Under the pieces are notes generated by a model. That model was not told the DNA's origin. It was given only the letters and a program-made list of their open reading frames with translations, and searched no databases. 64,000 nt of DNA. It comes from an uncultured bacterium. Its GTDB lineage: Bacteria > Verrucomicrobiota > Verrucomicrobiia > Limisphaerales > UBA8199. A program made the position numbers and the translations under genes. Shown here piece after piece: positions 1-9,876 of this stretch. The DNA is taken from NCBI GenBank assembly GCA_963749495.1, contig CAVVMW010000010.1:480001-544000 (forward strand), given 5' to 3'. Position 1 is the first letter of the stretch. Each line of letters starts with the position of its first letter.

Positions 1-101
1 GCCTCGCAGCGGGTGTGCGGGTGCTTTTGCCAGAGCGGGATGAATTCAGCCCCGAAGCCGAGGCCAACGACGGCAACATTGAGTTTGCTGGTGGCTTTCA
101 T
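1..101 (-). CDS. Gfo/Idh/MocA-family oxidoreductase, N-terminus only (runs off window)
   Basis: Manual translation MKATSKLNVAVVGLGFGAEFIPLWQKHP; Rossmann-like VAVVGLGFG start. Confidence 0.7.
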   Translation of the reverse strand, partial: MKATSKLNVAVVGLGFGAEFIPLWQKHPHTRCE

Positions 102-202
102 GTCGAGCATTGTAGCCCTTCCAGAGGGTCAAGGCGATGAGAATTTGCGCAGCCGCTCAGTGTCGGGCGCATCGCGGCACCGCCCCCACCGACGGGGCCG
201 GA

Positions 203-316
203 CCGGAGTGCGCCCGTCCTCGGGCGCAGCGACGTCCGCAGCCAGGGCAGCGGTCAAACACTCCAGCGCGCCTGCCCGCTCCGTCGCTGCTGCGCCCGAG
301 GACGGGCGCACTCCGG
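203..316. repeat. REP-like long inverted repeat
   Basis: 28-bp arms CCGGAGTGCGCCCGTCCTCGGGCGCAGC / GCTGCGCCCGAGGACGGGCGCACTCCGG. Confidence 0.8.
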
Positions 317-481
317 GGGCAGTGTCAGGGAGGACCTTTTCGGAATTTCCGGAAGAGTTCTTGTGCGAGGGGAAAGCTCGCGCTCTGCGGCCGCTTGTCC
401 AGCGGGTAAGGCAGGGCGAAGAAATAACTTGAGCAACCATGGAGCAGGAGTTTTCTTTTCATATTTGGAGAGCGGGAGCAT

Positions 482-2227
482 TCATCGGGCACGGCTGAGG
501 GCGATCCAGTCCTGGCCGTGGCCACGGCTGGTGAACTCGCCGTCCTGGCACATTAACGGATCCGCATCCCGTTCTGCTTTCGAAATGATGACCGCCTCCC
601 GCGAGGCCAGCCCGCGCGCCCGGTATCGCTCGAACAGCCGGTCCGGCATCACCTCAAAATAAGACACCAGTTTTCGGCCTTTCGGCGTGTTGATGCTCAC
701 GGCGATGTCCGAACAGGTCTGGTTGCCACTGTGGAAACCCAGCGCCTGGCCGGCAGCCACTTTGTCGCCTTGCCGCAGTTCCTTATTCGGTTTCACGTGG
801 AAGATGATGAACGTGAACGCAGCGCATTTGTCCGCCTGGATCTCAATCTTGGTTCCTGCCCATTCCTCCCGGGCCTTCAGAACCACGCCGGCCACCGGCG
901 AGAAGATCTTCACGCTGGACCAATCAATGTCCTCGCCCGGCTTGAAGTAGTGCTTCATGCTGCGGCAGGATTCGAAGCTGTCGGAGTAATCATGGCCCGC
1001 CGCCGAGCGGAATCTTGAGATGCTGGCGATCTTGGGCGACTCAATGTAATCCGCCTCCACCAATTCCGGGAGGTCGTGCGCATTCGAATCGCTCACCGTC
1101 GCGCAGGCCCGGCGCAGGTACTCCTCGAATTGCCACTCGCCGCTGCTGCCGGTCTGGCGGACCACGACCAGGTCGAGGCTCGGCACGAAGGCGATGAGTT
1201 GGCCGCCGGAGCCGGGCTTGTCCCGGGCGTCAGCCGGGATGCCCTCGCTGCTGCGGCCGCCCTGGGTCCAGTGCCGCGCGGGCAATTCCCAGCCGTGGGA
1301 AAAGATCTGCGGGTTGAATTTCCAGCGTAACTCGGGGGTCTTGACCTCGTGGGTCGGCGCGGCGGTTTGATCCACAAACCATTGGGGGATGACCTGCTGG
1401 TCCCGCCAACGGCCGCCCCGGAGCATGCAGTAGGCAATCCGGGCAAGGTCCCGCGCGGGCATGCCCAGCCCGTGCGAAGGGTGGCGCCCGTAGTTCTCGC
1501 CGCCCTCGCAATACTGAAACCACCAATGCTCGATGCCGAGCGGCTTGAAGAGCGCTTGAATGGCGAACTGATCGTAGGGCTGGCCCGTAACGGTTTCACA
1601 GACCAGCGCGGCGTGATCCAGCGCGTGAGTCGAGTAGCCGCAGGCCGTTCCCGGATCGAAGGCGAGCGTGGCGGTCCGCGCATCGCCGCTATGGCCAAGC
1701 ACATATTCCCAGGTCCCGTCGTTAGGCGCGCCGGTGGCTTCCGGGCAGATGCCGGAGGTGTGATTGAGCAACTGCCTGACGGTGATCGAGGCCTTGCGCG
1801 GGTCGCTCAGCGGCTGCGCCCAGGGGATGTAGTCAAAGGCCGGATCATCGAACTTCATCTTCCTGGGCGTCAGCCCGTGCTGGCTTCGCTCAGAGGCAAT
1901 GGCCAGCACAGTCGCGCAGACGGCCTTGGACACCGAGGCGACGCGGCGCGAATCGGTCTTGGCGCTGTCGCGGCGCTCGACTTCCAACACGATGTAGCCG
2001 CGGCGAATGACGACCGCCGCGAAGTCCCTGTTGTCGCTCTGCAACAGCCACTCTCTGAGCGCATCGAGCCTGGACGGGTCTGCGCCGGCCAGGCGCCGGA
2101 TGTCGTCCGGGGCCTCGAGGATTCGCCAGCCGCCGGCCGATTCCGGCGGTGGGAAATAGAGTTCAGCGGCCTCGGCGGCTTTCGGCAGGACAGCCAAGGC
2201 GACCAGACCGGCTATGATGGCGTGCAT
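482..2227 (-). CDS. Secreted serine hydrolase (beta-lactamase fold) with C-terminal M23-like barrel domain
   Basis: Signal peptide; SxxK (ASVSK), LLNHTSG, YS motif, KPGSGGQ; C-terminal IFSPVAG...FHV...VAAGQALG. Confidence 0.75.
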   Translation of the reverse strand: MHAIIAGLVALAVLPKAAEAAELYFPPPESAGGWRILEAPDDIRRLAGADPSRLDALREWLLQSDNRDFAAVVIRRGYIVLEVERRDSAKTDSRRVASVSKAVCATVLAIASERSQHGLTPRKMKFDDPAFDYIPWAQPLSDPRKASITVRQLLNHTSGICPEATGAPNDGTWEYVLGHSGDARTATLAFDPGTACGYSTHALDHAALVCETVTGQPYDQFAIQALFKPLGIEHWWFQYCEGGENYGRHPSHGLGMPARDLARIAYCMLRGGRWRDQQVIPQWFVDQTAAPTHEVKTPELRWKFNPQIFSHGWELPARHWTQGGRSSEGIPADARDKPGSGGQLIAFVPSLDLVVVRQTGSSGEWQFEEYLRRACATVSDSNAHDLPELVEADYIESPKIASISRFRSAAGHDYSDSFESCRSMKHYFKPGEDIDWSSVKIFSPVAGVVLKAREEWAGTKIEIQADKCAAFTFIIFHVKPNKELRQGDKVAAGQALGFHSGNQTCSDIAVSINTPKGRKLVSYFEVMPDRLFERYRARGLASREAVIISKAERDADPLMCQDGEFTSRGHGQDWIALSRAR

Positions 2228-2508
2228 TCTTGGGCAAGCATTGCGCATGGCGTCCTGTTTGGCAACGCTCGATCGGGGCGTCCTCAACAAAGGTGATAGC
2301 GACCCGGCGGATCGCCGCTGGTTCGGTCAGGTCCACTGGAAACTGGTTGCGACCGTCAACCAGGCCCTGCCCGCTGGCACGCACGACACGGCGATGTTGC
2401 CCGGATTCTTTGTCATGGTGGACATCAAGGCTTTGTTTTCGGGAAATGCCTCCGGCCGCGCGACAGATTTCCCCGGGTTTTTGATTGCGACCGTGCCGCG
2501 CTCTGCCT

Positions 2509-3619
2509 ATGGTAGCGGGCGTCGCGGCAGTGAGAATCTGGCTTTGGCTTTCAGCGCTCGCCAGCGTGGCGGGGTGGGGTCTGTCCGCTGTGGGGGAGTT
2601 GAATCGCATTGGATACTCGGTTTTCTTCGGGGTTGCCGCGGCGGCGTTGTGGTTTGGACACAAGCGACTCGGGTGGGAACTGCCGAGGTGGCCACGCCGG
2701 TGGGGACGGTGGAGCCGGCGGTTGCGCCGGCCCTGGCCCATGGGCTTCGCGGCGCTGGCCTTGCTGGTTTTCCTGGGCGGGTTTGGGCTTTGGCCTGAGC
2801 CTGCTGGTCGTGATGTCTGTGCTCGCCGCAATCCGCCGGGGTAGGGCAGGGGAGCCCATGCCGTTGCGCTCCCCTCATCCATCATCCCTCATCCCTCATC
2901 CGTCAAACCAGGGCGGGGCAGGGGAGCCCATGCCCCCGCTTGCCATCCCGGCCCGGATTCGCCGCTGGGTGTTGGTGGGCGCGTGGGTGGCCTTGCTGGC
3001 CTACTGCGTCAAATCAGGGATGGTGACAGGGGCGCGCCTGATCTCGCCCTACTACCCGCTGCTGCTGGCGTCGTTGCTGGCCGGAGCGCGGCAGTCCGAC
3101 ATCGTCCGCCGCCGGCGGTGGCAGGTGTCCGCCTGGGCTGCGTTCGGCCTGGCACTGCTGGTCCTGGTCCTGACGCCCGAACGCCCTTTGTGGCCGGCCC
3201 AGACCGTGCTGTCCAAAGGGTTGGCATTGCGGCCCGGACAGCCTCTGCTGGCGCGCGCCCTCGTTGTCTATGCCATTTATGCCGCCCGCTCGGACCCGCT
3301 GGCCCACCTCCGCGCCCTCCTGCCGCCAGGCCCGGCGGTAACGGGGTTCCTGGCAGACGGTGACGACATGGACATTTCCTTGCGGCGGCCCTTCTTCGAG
3401 CGGCGGGTGGAACATATCCTGTTGGAAGATTCACCGGCCGATATCCGCCGGCGGCATATCCAATATGTGGTGGTCGGGGGGGCCTTCCTGGCCTCCCGGC
3501 ACACTACCCTGGCCGCCTGGCAGGCGCGCACCGGGGCGGAATTGATCCGCACGACCACCGCCACCTTGAAGCTCGCCGAAGGACGCCAAAGCTGGCACAT
3601 TCTCCGCTTGCCCAACTGA
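2509..3619 (+). pseudogene. Multi-TM membrane protein; N-terminal part joined out of frame (~2780) to C-terminal part
   Basis: Hydrophobic helices in two frames (ORFs 2485-2844 and 2609-3619). Confidence 0.5.
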
Positions 3620-3655
3620 GCGGGCGTTTTTGATTGGGCAGGACCTGCCGCTCTG

Positions 3656-3949
3656 TTACCTAAAGGACTCGAACATTGGCGCCCAGATCCGGATCAGGTC
3701 GCCAATCTGGCCGGACCCGTCGTAGTCCTGGCAGTTGCAGGAAACGGTCAGGTCGCAGTGGATGGCCAGATTGTATTCCGATTCGCCGCCCAAAGCGCGG
3801 CAATAGAACCGCTGCCCCCTGAGCGGGGCAGACCACTCCATCCGGTACTTGAGCAGCTTCCGAAGAATGTCACTGACGACCCAATTCCATCGCCTGCGCC
3901 TGGGTTTGGGGGCGGGTTTCGGCTGGTCTGCGTGCTGCGCCGCGAACAT
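3656..3949 (-). CDS. Small hypothetical protein or fragment
   Basis: 97-aa ORF co-directional with the regulator gene; no recognised family. Confidence 0.3.
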   Translation of the reverse strand: MFAAQHADQPKPAPKPRRRRWNWVVSDILRKLLKYRMEWSAPLRGQRFYCRALGGESEYNLAIHCDLTVSCNCQDYDGSGQIGDLIRIWAPMFESFR

Positions 3950-3993
3950 CAGCCACTAGGCTCACATCTTGTCCGGCAAAGGTCAAGCCCCAG

Positions 3994-5358
3994 TCATTCT
4001 ATTCGGAGTTTTTTGCGTTTCCGGTAGAGCGTGGCCTGATCGATGCGCAGGACCTGAGCCGCTTCGGCCAGATTGGAGGTTCGTTCCAGAACTTTGCGGA
4101 GGTGCGCTTCCTCCAAGTCCTCCATGGAAACCAAGGAACCAACCTGTGGCGAGGCATCGCTGCCATTGGCTCCGGCGACTGTCTGGCCGCGCAATTCCGC
4201 GGGGAGGTCTTCCAGGTTAATCTTGTTCCCTTTGACCATGATGACAGCGCGTTCGATGGCGTTGCGCAGCTCACGGAGGTTGCCCGGCCAGGAGTAGGCG
4301 CGGATAGCAGCCGAGGCCTCTTCGGAAAACCCGTCGAGGCGGCGCCCACAGAGAGCGGCAAAGTGCTTGAAGTAATGCTCGGCAAAGCGAATGAGGTCCC
4401 CTGGGCGCTGCCGCAGCGGAGGCATTTCCGCCGTGATCACGTTGAGCCGAAAATACAGGTCTTCGCGAAAGGCGCCCGCGGCGACGCGCTTTTTCAGATC
4501 GCGGCTGGTGGCGGCGATAATGCGCACCTCGGCCTGGCGCGTGACATTCTCGCCCACCCGCTCGTATTCACGTTCTTGAAGAAGTCGCAGCAACTTGGGC
4601 TGGATTTCCATCGGCAGGTCGCCGATCTCGTCGAGGAAGAGAGTGCCGCCCTCTGCGGCCTTGACTTTGCCCCAATGATCGCGCAGGGCGCCGGTGAATG
4701 CGCCTTTGACGTGGCCGAAGAGTTCGCTTTCCAGCAGTTCCTTGGACAGACTCGGACAGCTCACGGTGATGAACGGTCGATCCGCCAGATGGCTCTGCTG
4801 GTGAACGGCGCGGGCCACCACGCTCTTGCCGGTGCCGCTCTCCCCCAGGATCAGTATCGAGGCCGGTGTCTTGGCCGCCCGCAGCAGGGTGTCCATCATC
4901 TCTTTGACGAGCGGGGTGTTCGATTCCAGGAGAATCTCGGGACTCTGAGCGTTGCTGTCCTTAACTTCCCGTTCCAGGCGCTCGATGTTCTGGCTGAGTT
5001 GGTGGAATCGCTGAACGCGCGCGAGCACCAGGTGAAACTGTTCGCGGGTGAACGGCTTTTCCAGAAAATCCACCGCTCCGCGCCGCATGGCCTCCACCGC
5101 GTTTTTCACGCTGCCTTGCGCCGTAAAGATGATCACCGGCAGGTTGGGCTGCCGTTTGAGAATCTGCTCAAGGATATCGAGGCCGTTTTCCCGTCCCAGA
5201 TTGAGATCCAGAAGAACCGAATCGAATCTCCCTTCCTTTAACTCCGTGAGGCCCAACTCTCCCGAGCACGCCGCTTCCGCGTAATGGCCTTCGCCGTCGA
5301 TGAGCAAGCAGGTTGCGTCCCGGAAAGTCTTGTCGTCGTCGATGACCAGGAAGTCCAT
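3994..5358 (-). CDS. Sigma54-dependent NtrC/AlgB-family response regulator (REC-AAA+-Fis HTH)
   Basis: REC N-terminus, GESGTGKS Walker A, ELFGHVKGAFTGA, FLDEIG, WPGNLREL, C-terminal HTH. Confidence 0.95.
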   Translation of the reverse strand: MDFLVIDDDKTFRDATCLLIDGEGHYAEAACSGELGLTELKEGRFDSVLLDLNLGRENGLDILEQILKRQPNLPVIIFTAQGSVKNAVEAMRRGAVDFLEKPFTREQFHLVLARVQRFHQLSQNIERLEREVKDSNAQSPEILLESNTPLVKEMMDTLLRAAKTPASILILGESGTGKSVVARAVHQQSHLADRPFITVSCPSLSKELLESELFGHVKGAFTGALRDHWGKVKAAEGGTLFLDEIGDLPMEIQPKLLRLLQEREYERVGENVTRQAEVRIIAATSRDLKKRVAAGAFREDLYFRLNVITAEMPPLRQRPGDLIRFAEHYFKHFAALCGRRLDGFSEEASAAIRAYSWPGNLRELRNAIERAVIMVKGNKINLEDLPAELRGQTVAGANGSDASPQVGSLVSMEDLEEAHLRKVLERTSNLAEAAQVLRIDQATLYRKRKKLRIE

Positions 5359-5369
5359 AGATGGAAACC

Positions 5370-6488
5370 TCAATGAGAGCCCATGGCTCGAGGCAAGCGG
5401 AAGGCAAAGGTGGCGCCGTTGCCCGGCGTGCTTTCGCAAGCCAGTTCACCATGCATCGCCAGGACGAGCTTCTTGACGATGCTCAGTCCCAGGCCGGTGG
5501 AAGGCTCGCCTCCGGTGGGTCGCGCCGAAAGGCGGCCATAGCGGCGGAACATCCGGGTCTTATCGTTTTCGCTGAACCCGGGTCCTTCATCCTGGACCTG
5601 GCATTCCACGTACCTGGCGCCCGGCGGGCAGACGGTGAGGCGAATCTGCTTGCCGGGCGGAGAGAACTTGATGGCGTTGGACAGGAGATTATCGAGCACC
5701 TGGTTGAGGGCGGCGCCATCGGCCTGCACGAGCGTGCCGTTGGGCGGGAGAACGACCTTAAGAACGAGCTGCTTGCGCTTGGCTGGCTCCTGGTGTTGTT
5801 GGACCGCGCGAGTGGCCGCAGCCGGCAGGTTGACCGGCTCGGTCCGGAGGTTCAGGCCATGGTCCGCCGAAGCGTTTGCCAAAAACTCCTTTACGAAGGC
5901 GAGCATCTGACCGCTCGAATGCGAGATGTTCTCGGCCATCAGCCGCAGCTTCGGGTCCGCCATCGCTTCGGTGCGGTCACGGAGCAGTTGGGCGCTCATG
6001 TCCATGCCGCCCAGATGGTTCTTGAGGTCGTGGGTGAGGATGCCGAGCAATTCATCCCGGTCTTCGGCGAGTTGCTTCAACTCGTCGCGGGCCCTTTTGA
6101 GCGCCAGGTGGGTGCGGACGCGCGTCACCAATTCGGCGTGGTTGAAGGGCTTGGTGATGTAGTCCACCCCGCCGCTTTCCAGCGCGCGAACGATCAAGCC
6201 CTTGTCGTCCGCCGAGGATAGGAAAATGACGGGAATCTCCGCCCAATCCGGGTGCTCGCGAATCCGGCGGCAAACCTCGAATCCGTCCATCTCCGGCATG
6301 AGCAGGTCGAGCAGGATAAGGTCGGGGCGGCGAGCCGCCAGCCGCTGGAAGGCCTCGAGCCCGCCGGTCGCCGGCAGAATCTCGAAGCCGAGCTGGCCCA
6401 GGGCGGCGCCCACGACCTGGATGTTGGATTCCTGGTCGTCGACGACGAGCAGGCAGCCAGCGTTCGTTTCTGGGATGGGGGCATTCAT
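5370..6488 (-). CDS. Hybrid response regulator/histidine kinase (REC-HisKA-HATPase)
   Basis: LLVVDD..LLDLLMPEMDG REC; THDLKN; NLLSNAIKF; GLGLSIV. Confidence 0.92.
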   Translation of the reverse strand: MNAPIPETNAGCLLVVDDQESNIQVVGAALGQLGFEILPATGGLEAFQRLAARRPDLILLDLLMPEMDGFEVCRRIREHPDWAEIPVIFLSSADDKGLIVRALESGGVDYITKPFNHAELVTRVRTHLALKRARDELKQLAEDRDELLGILTHDLKNHLGGMDMSAQLLRDRTEAMADPKLRLMAENISHSSGQMLAFVKEFLANASADHGLNLRTEPVNLPAAATRAVQQHQEPAKRKQLVLKVVLPPNGTLVQADGAALNQVLDNLLSNAIKFSPPGKQIRLTVCPPGARYVECQVQDEGPGFSENDKTRMFRRYGRLSARPTGGEPSTGLGLSIVKKLVLAMHGELACESTPGNGATFAFRLPRAMGSH

Positions 6489-6498
6489 GTGGTTTTCA

Positions 6499-6655
6499 CG
6501 TGGCGCAGGTTTTTCCCCGTGGCGCAGGTTTTTCCCCGTGGCGCAGGTTTCCAACCTGCCGTACCGCAGGTTTCCAACCTGCGGGTGCGCCCGGACCGCT
6601 CGACGCCCCGCCGATTGGAAATCGGCGATACGGCAGGTTGGAAACCTGCGCTACG
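6499..6655. repeat. GTAG-type REP/BIME hairpin preceded by two 19-bp tandem copies of its left end
   Basis: CGTGGCGCAGGTTTTTCCC x2, then CGTGGCGCAGGTTTCCAACCTGCCGTA...TACGGCAGGTTGGAAACCTGCGCTACG. Confidence 0.8.
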
Positions 6656-6686
6656 AAAAAATGTGCTACGAGCATGGGGCACCCGT

Positions 6687-8861
6687 TCATACCGGTTGCG
6701 GTTGGGCCAGGGCCAAAGAGGTTTCGATGGATTCAACGAGTTCGGGGAACGCGGCGAGATGACGTCCCATTTGGCTGACGGCGTAGGTGTCGGCGAAGGT
6801 GGTGAGGGTGGCGGCGTAAGTGGCCACCGGGCCACATTGGGCCGCTTGGCCGAGGAGGAAGAGCTCGTGAGCAAAGGCGCGGGTCGCATTGACCGCCAGG
6901 CTGTCCCGGAGCGCGGGCCATTCGGTCGCTTCCTGGCGGCGCAGTTCGAGGGCGAGTTCCTGCCACCGGGCTGCCTGGTCGGAGGAGGGGATGGGAACAC
7001 TCTTGAGGGGCTGCCCGAGAGCCTCACATCCCGGTCCATTCGCGGGCGGCCCCTTTTGGAGAAACTGAGCCAGGGCCAGAAAGAGCGTTTGCCGCGAGAA
7101 GGGTTTGCGGATGTAGCCGCTGAACTGGCTTTGCAGTTCCTGCTCTTCGCCGGCCCTGCTTGAAGCCGTCACCGCGATGACCGGCAGCGACACCAGACTC
7201 GCCTGCTTGCGGATCTCCGCGAGCGCCGTCCGTCCGTCCATCACCGGCATGCGGATGTCGAGCAAGACCACATCGGGCTTGGCCTGGCTCAGACACTCCA
7301 GAGCTTCCCGACCGTTGTTGGCAAAATGGACGCGGTGGTGGGTTTTCTCGAATATGCCGGCCAGCAAGGCCCGATTGGTCGGGTTGTCATCCACCACCAG
7401 CAGGGTGGCCGGCGCGAAGTCGTTGAAGTCCACCGCTCCGCCCGGTTCGGCGTGATCGCCCACCGGCAACCGCCCCGAGACGGGAACATTGGGGAAACGC
7501 AAATGGAAGACCGTGCCCTGGCCGATCTTACTTTCGACGGCCAGGCTGCCGCCCATCAACTCGGTGAGGCGCTTGACGATAGTGAGCCCGATGCCGGTTC
7601 CTTCCTTTTCCGCCGTTCGCGCGGATTCCGCCTGGACGAACGGTTTGAAAACTTCGTCCAGTTCCCCAGCCGGGATTCCCATGCCGGTGTCCTCGACACC
7701 GATCAGCAGCGTGCCGCTGCGACCGTCTGCCTGGCTTTGCCAGGAGACTCGCGTCTTGACGCAACCGTGCTCGGTGAACTTGATGGCGTTGCTGAGCAAG
7801 TTCACCAGCACCTGGCGCAACCGCAGGCGATCCAGCAACAACGCCCGGGGCAGGTTGGGTGAGAGCTCGAACTGAAGTTGGAGGGATTTCATCACGGCCT
7901 GCTGCCCGAAAACGGTGCGGAGAAACTCACACGAATCGCGCATATCCGTCGGGTCAGGGTGCAGTTCCAACTTGCCCGCTTCGAGCTTGGACAGGTCGAG
8001 AATGTCGTTGATCAGGTGCAGCAATGCCGCGCCGCTGTCGCGAATGGCCCGCACATATTGCGATTGCTTGGGCGTCAACCCCTCCGGCTCCAGCAGTTCG
8101 CTGAACCCGAGAATCGCGTTCATGGGGCTGCGAATCTCATGGCTCATGTTGGCGAGGAAGGCGCTTTTCTCCCGGACTGCTTGTTCGGCGTGCAGCTTCT
8201 CTTCCAGCAATTCCCGCCGCGCTCGTTCCTGGAAGTAATCGACCCGGTAGAAATAGAGCGCGAACAACCCCGCCCCGACTCCGAGCAACCCGGCCATCCA
8301 GGTCATTTGGTGGACCAATTTCATTTCACGGCGGGTCGCCTCTCCTTTGGCCGACAGAAGGTCAAGCCGGTTATCGCGCCGCCGTTTGACGATCTCACGG
8401 ATGCGGTCCATCGTCGTCCTGGTTTGCTCGGGACTGGGGGCCACCTCTGACGTTGCGGGACCTTTCTCGGCGCGCAACGCCATGGCCTGGCGCAGTTCCG
8501 CTAGCTCGAGCTCAACCAGGCGACGCAACTCGGTTAAATCCGTTTGCCCCGCCGGGTCGTGCCTCGCGGACGCAACGAGCCGCTCGAATGCCTCCGGAAA
8601 CGTGCGATCCGCGCTCCTGAAGGCTTCACGGTAAGCCGCGTTCCCCGTCAGCAGGTAACCCCGCTGGCTGGCCTCGGCGTCCTGCAAAACCGAGACGAGT
8701 TGATTCATCGACTCGCGAAACTGCTCGGCCTCGGCCGACGCGTCGATGCTGCGGGAAAAGCGGTTCCAGACCACCGCCCCCATCACCACGCTGGCTACCG
8801 TAACGGTCAGCCAAAAAATGGCTAACGGCCCGATAATCCCGTGTCGAAATCGGTAGATCAT
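6687..8861 (-). CDS. CHASE3-domain hybrid sensor histidine kinase
   Basis: TM-CHASE3 (LQDAEASQRGYLLTG)-TM, FLANMSHEIRSP, NLLSNAIKFT, GTGIGL, C-terminal REC. Confidence 0.92.
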   Translation of the reverse strand: MIYRFRHGIIGPLAIFWLTVTVASVVMGAVVWNRFSRSIDASAEAEQFRESMNQLVSVLQDAEASQRGYLLTGNAAYREAFRSADRTFPEAFERLVASARHDPAGQTDLTELRRLVELELAELRQAMALRAEKGPATSEVAPSPEQTRTTMDRIREIVKRRRDNRLDLLSAKGEATRREMKLVHQMTWMAGLLGVGAGLFALYFYRVDYFQERARRELLEEKLHAEQAVREKSAFLANMSHEIRSPMNAILGFSELLEPEGLTPKQSQYVRAIRDSGAALLHLINDILDLSKLEAGKLELHPDPTDMRDSCEFLRTVFGQQAVMKSLQLQFELSPNLPRALLLDRLRLRQVLVNLLSNAIKFTEHGCVKTRVSWQSQADGRSGTLLIGVEDTGMGIPAGELDEVFKPFVQAESARTAEKEGTGIGLTIVKRLTELMGGSLAVESKIGQGTVFHLRFPNVPVSGRLPVGDHAEPGGAVDFNDFAPATLLVVDDNPTNRALLAGIFEKTHHRVHFANNGREALECLSQAKPDVVLLDIRMPVMDGRTALAEIRKQASLVSLPVIAVTASSRAGEEQELQSQFSGYIRKPFSRQTLFLALAQFLQKGPPANGPGCEALGQPLKSVPIPSSDQAARWQELALELRRQEATEWPALRDSLAVNATRAFAHELFLLGQAAQCGPVATYAATLTTFADTYAVSQMGRHLAAFPELVESIETSLALAQPQPV

Positions 8862-8998
8862 GCGCCTTCCTGCGTCGAGTCGAGCGCATACGCGTCCGGC
8901 CAATGAAGGACGCATTAACATATCATGCAAAATGCAAGGTGCATAGCTAATTCGACAAACCGCGTTCCGGCCGGCCGGGTGCATCCCGACACTGGCCC

Positions 8999-9116
8999 CG
9001 TAGCGCAGACTTCAAAGTCTGCTGTATCGCGGGTTTCCAACCCGCAGGCGCAGCGAATTCCTGCGCCCTGCCGACTGGAAGTCGGCGATACAGCAGGTTT
9101 GGAAACCTGCGCTACG
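8999..9116. repeat. GTAG-type REP/BIME hairpin, same family as 6537-6655
   Basis: CGTAGCGCAGACTTCAAAGTCTGCTGTATCGC...GCGATACAGCAGGTTTGGAAACCTGCGCTACG. Confidence 0.8.
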
Positions 9117-9200
9117 AACTCGTGCGCCCTGCCAAACGGGGGCAGGGTCAGGATGCGCCCGTTCCGGCCACCCGTGCCTGCTTCGGCTCTGCGAAACGCC

Positions 9201-9374
9201 TCAGCGTTTTTGTACCGGCACTGGAGCCACACGAGCCAGCAGCACGCACACCCTTTGGAACAGATGGTCCAAAGTGAACGGCTTTCCCAACTTCGCAAAC
9301 CGGCTCAGGTCGCAACGGACCGGCACCTCGAACTCTCGCAACATACGGTCGTCACCAATCACCAAAGTTTTCAT
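9201..9374 (-). CDS. 57-aa mini ORF resembling an internally deleted receiver domain
   Basis: MKTLVIGDDRMLRE...KPFTLDHLFQRVCVLL; directly downstream of a sigma54 promoter. Confidence 0.55.
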   Translation of the reverse strand: MKTLVIGDDRMLREFEVPVRCDLSRFAKLGKPFTLDHLFQRVCVLLARVAPVPVQKR

Positions 9375-9391
9375 GGTCATCGCCCGCTTTT

Positions 9392-9541
9392 AGCTAAGGA
9401 TGGGCCAACACCGCGCCGGTTTCTGCAACCTGTTGGTTCAAAGCCAGTTAGAGCTTACCGAATGGACTTTGGGACGGGAAAGCGGGGCATAAAGATCGTG
9501 CAATTCGCACGAACGCGGGTCAACGAACCGTGCGTTTCGCA
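9392..9541 (-). promoter_or_regulatory. Sigma54 promoter with paired enhancer sites
   Basis: TGGCCCATCCTTAGCT (GG-N10-GC) at 9392-9407; degenerate TGCA-N3-TGCA sites at 9499 and 9531. Confidence 0.7.
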
Positions 9542-9754
9542 CACTGGTTTGCTGAATGTATTCGGCGTGTTCGGGCCACCTGCGCGACGTTCGGGTCTCA
9601 ATCCCATCGCCGTCCCTGGGCACGTCCAGCTGCAGTCTGGTTTCGCCACTAGGCGTGGTGGTGAGTTCCGTGGTCGCGACTCGGTCTTGAACCTGGAGCC
9701 CTCGGGGCACACGCGCGTCGGTTTTGCCAGGTGCGACTGCCCTTCGTTTGGTCA

Positions 9755-9865
9755 CGCGCATCCATGAGCCCGCGTGCACCTCGTAAATGGAGATCGGCGC
9801 GTCCAGCAGATTGCGCCGCGCGCGCACAGCGGATGGCTCGTGCGCTCCCATTGGTTGAAGTCACG
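9755..9865 (-). pseudogene. glgB: Glycogen branching enzyme remnant
   Basis: DFNQWERTSHPL abutting (other frame) RARRNLLDAPISIYEVHAGSWMR, two GlgB-type motifs. Confidence 0.7.
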
Positions 9866-9876
9866 GATGCCCCCTT

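Noticed and set aside
482..2227. True beta-lactamase resistance gene
   Set aside because: Only the generic serine-hydrolase fold motifs are visible; no class-specific evidence.
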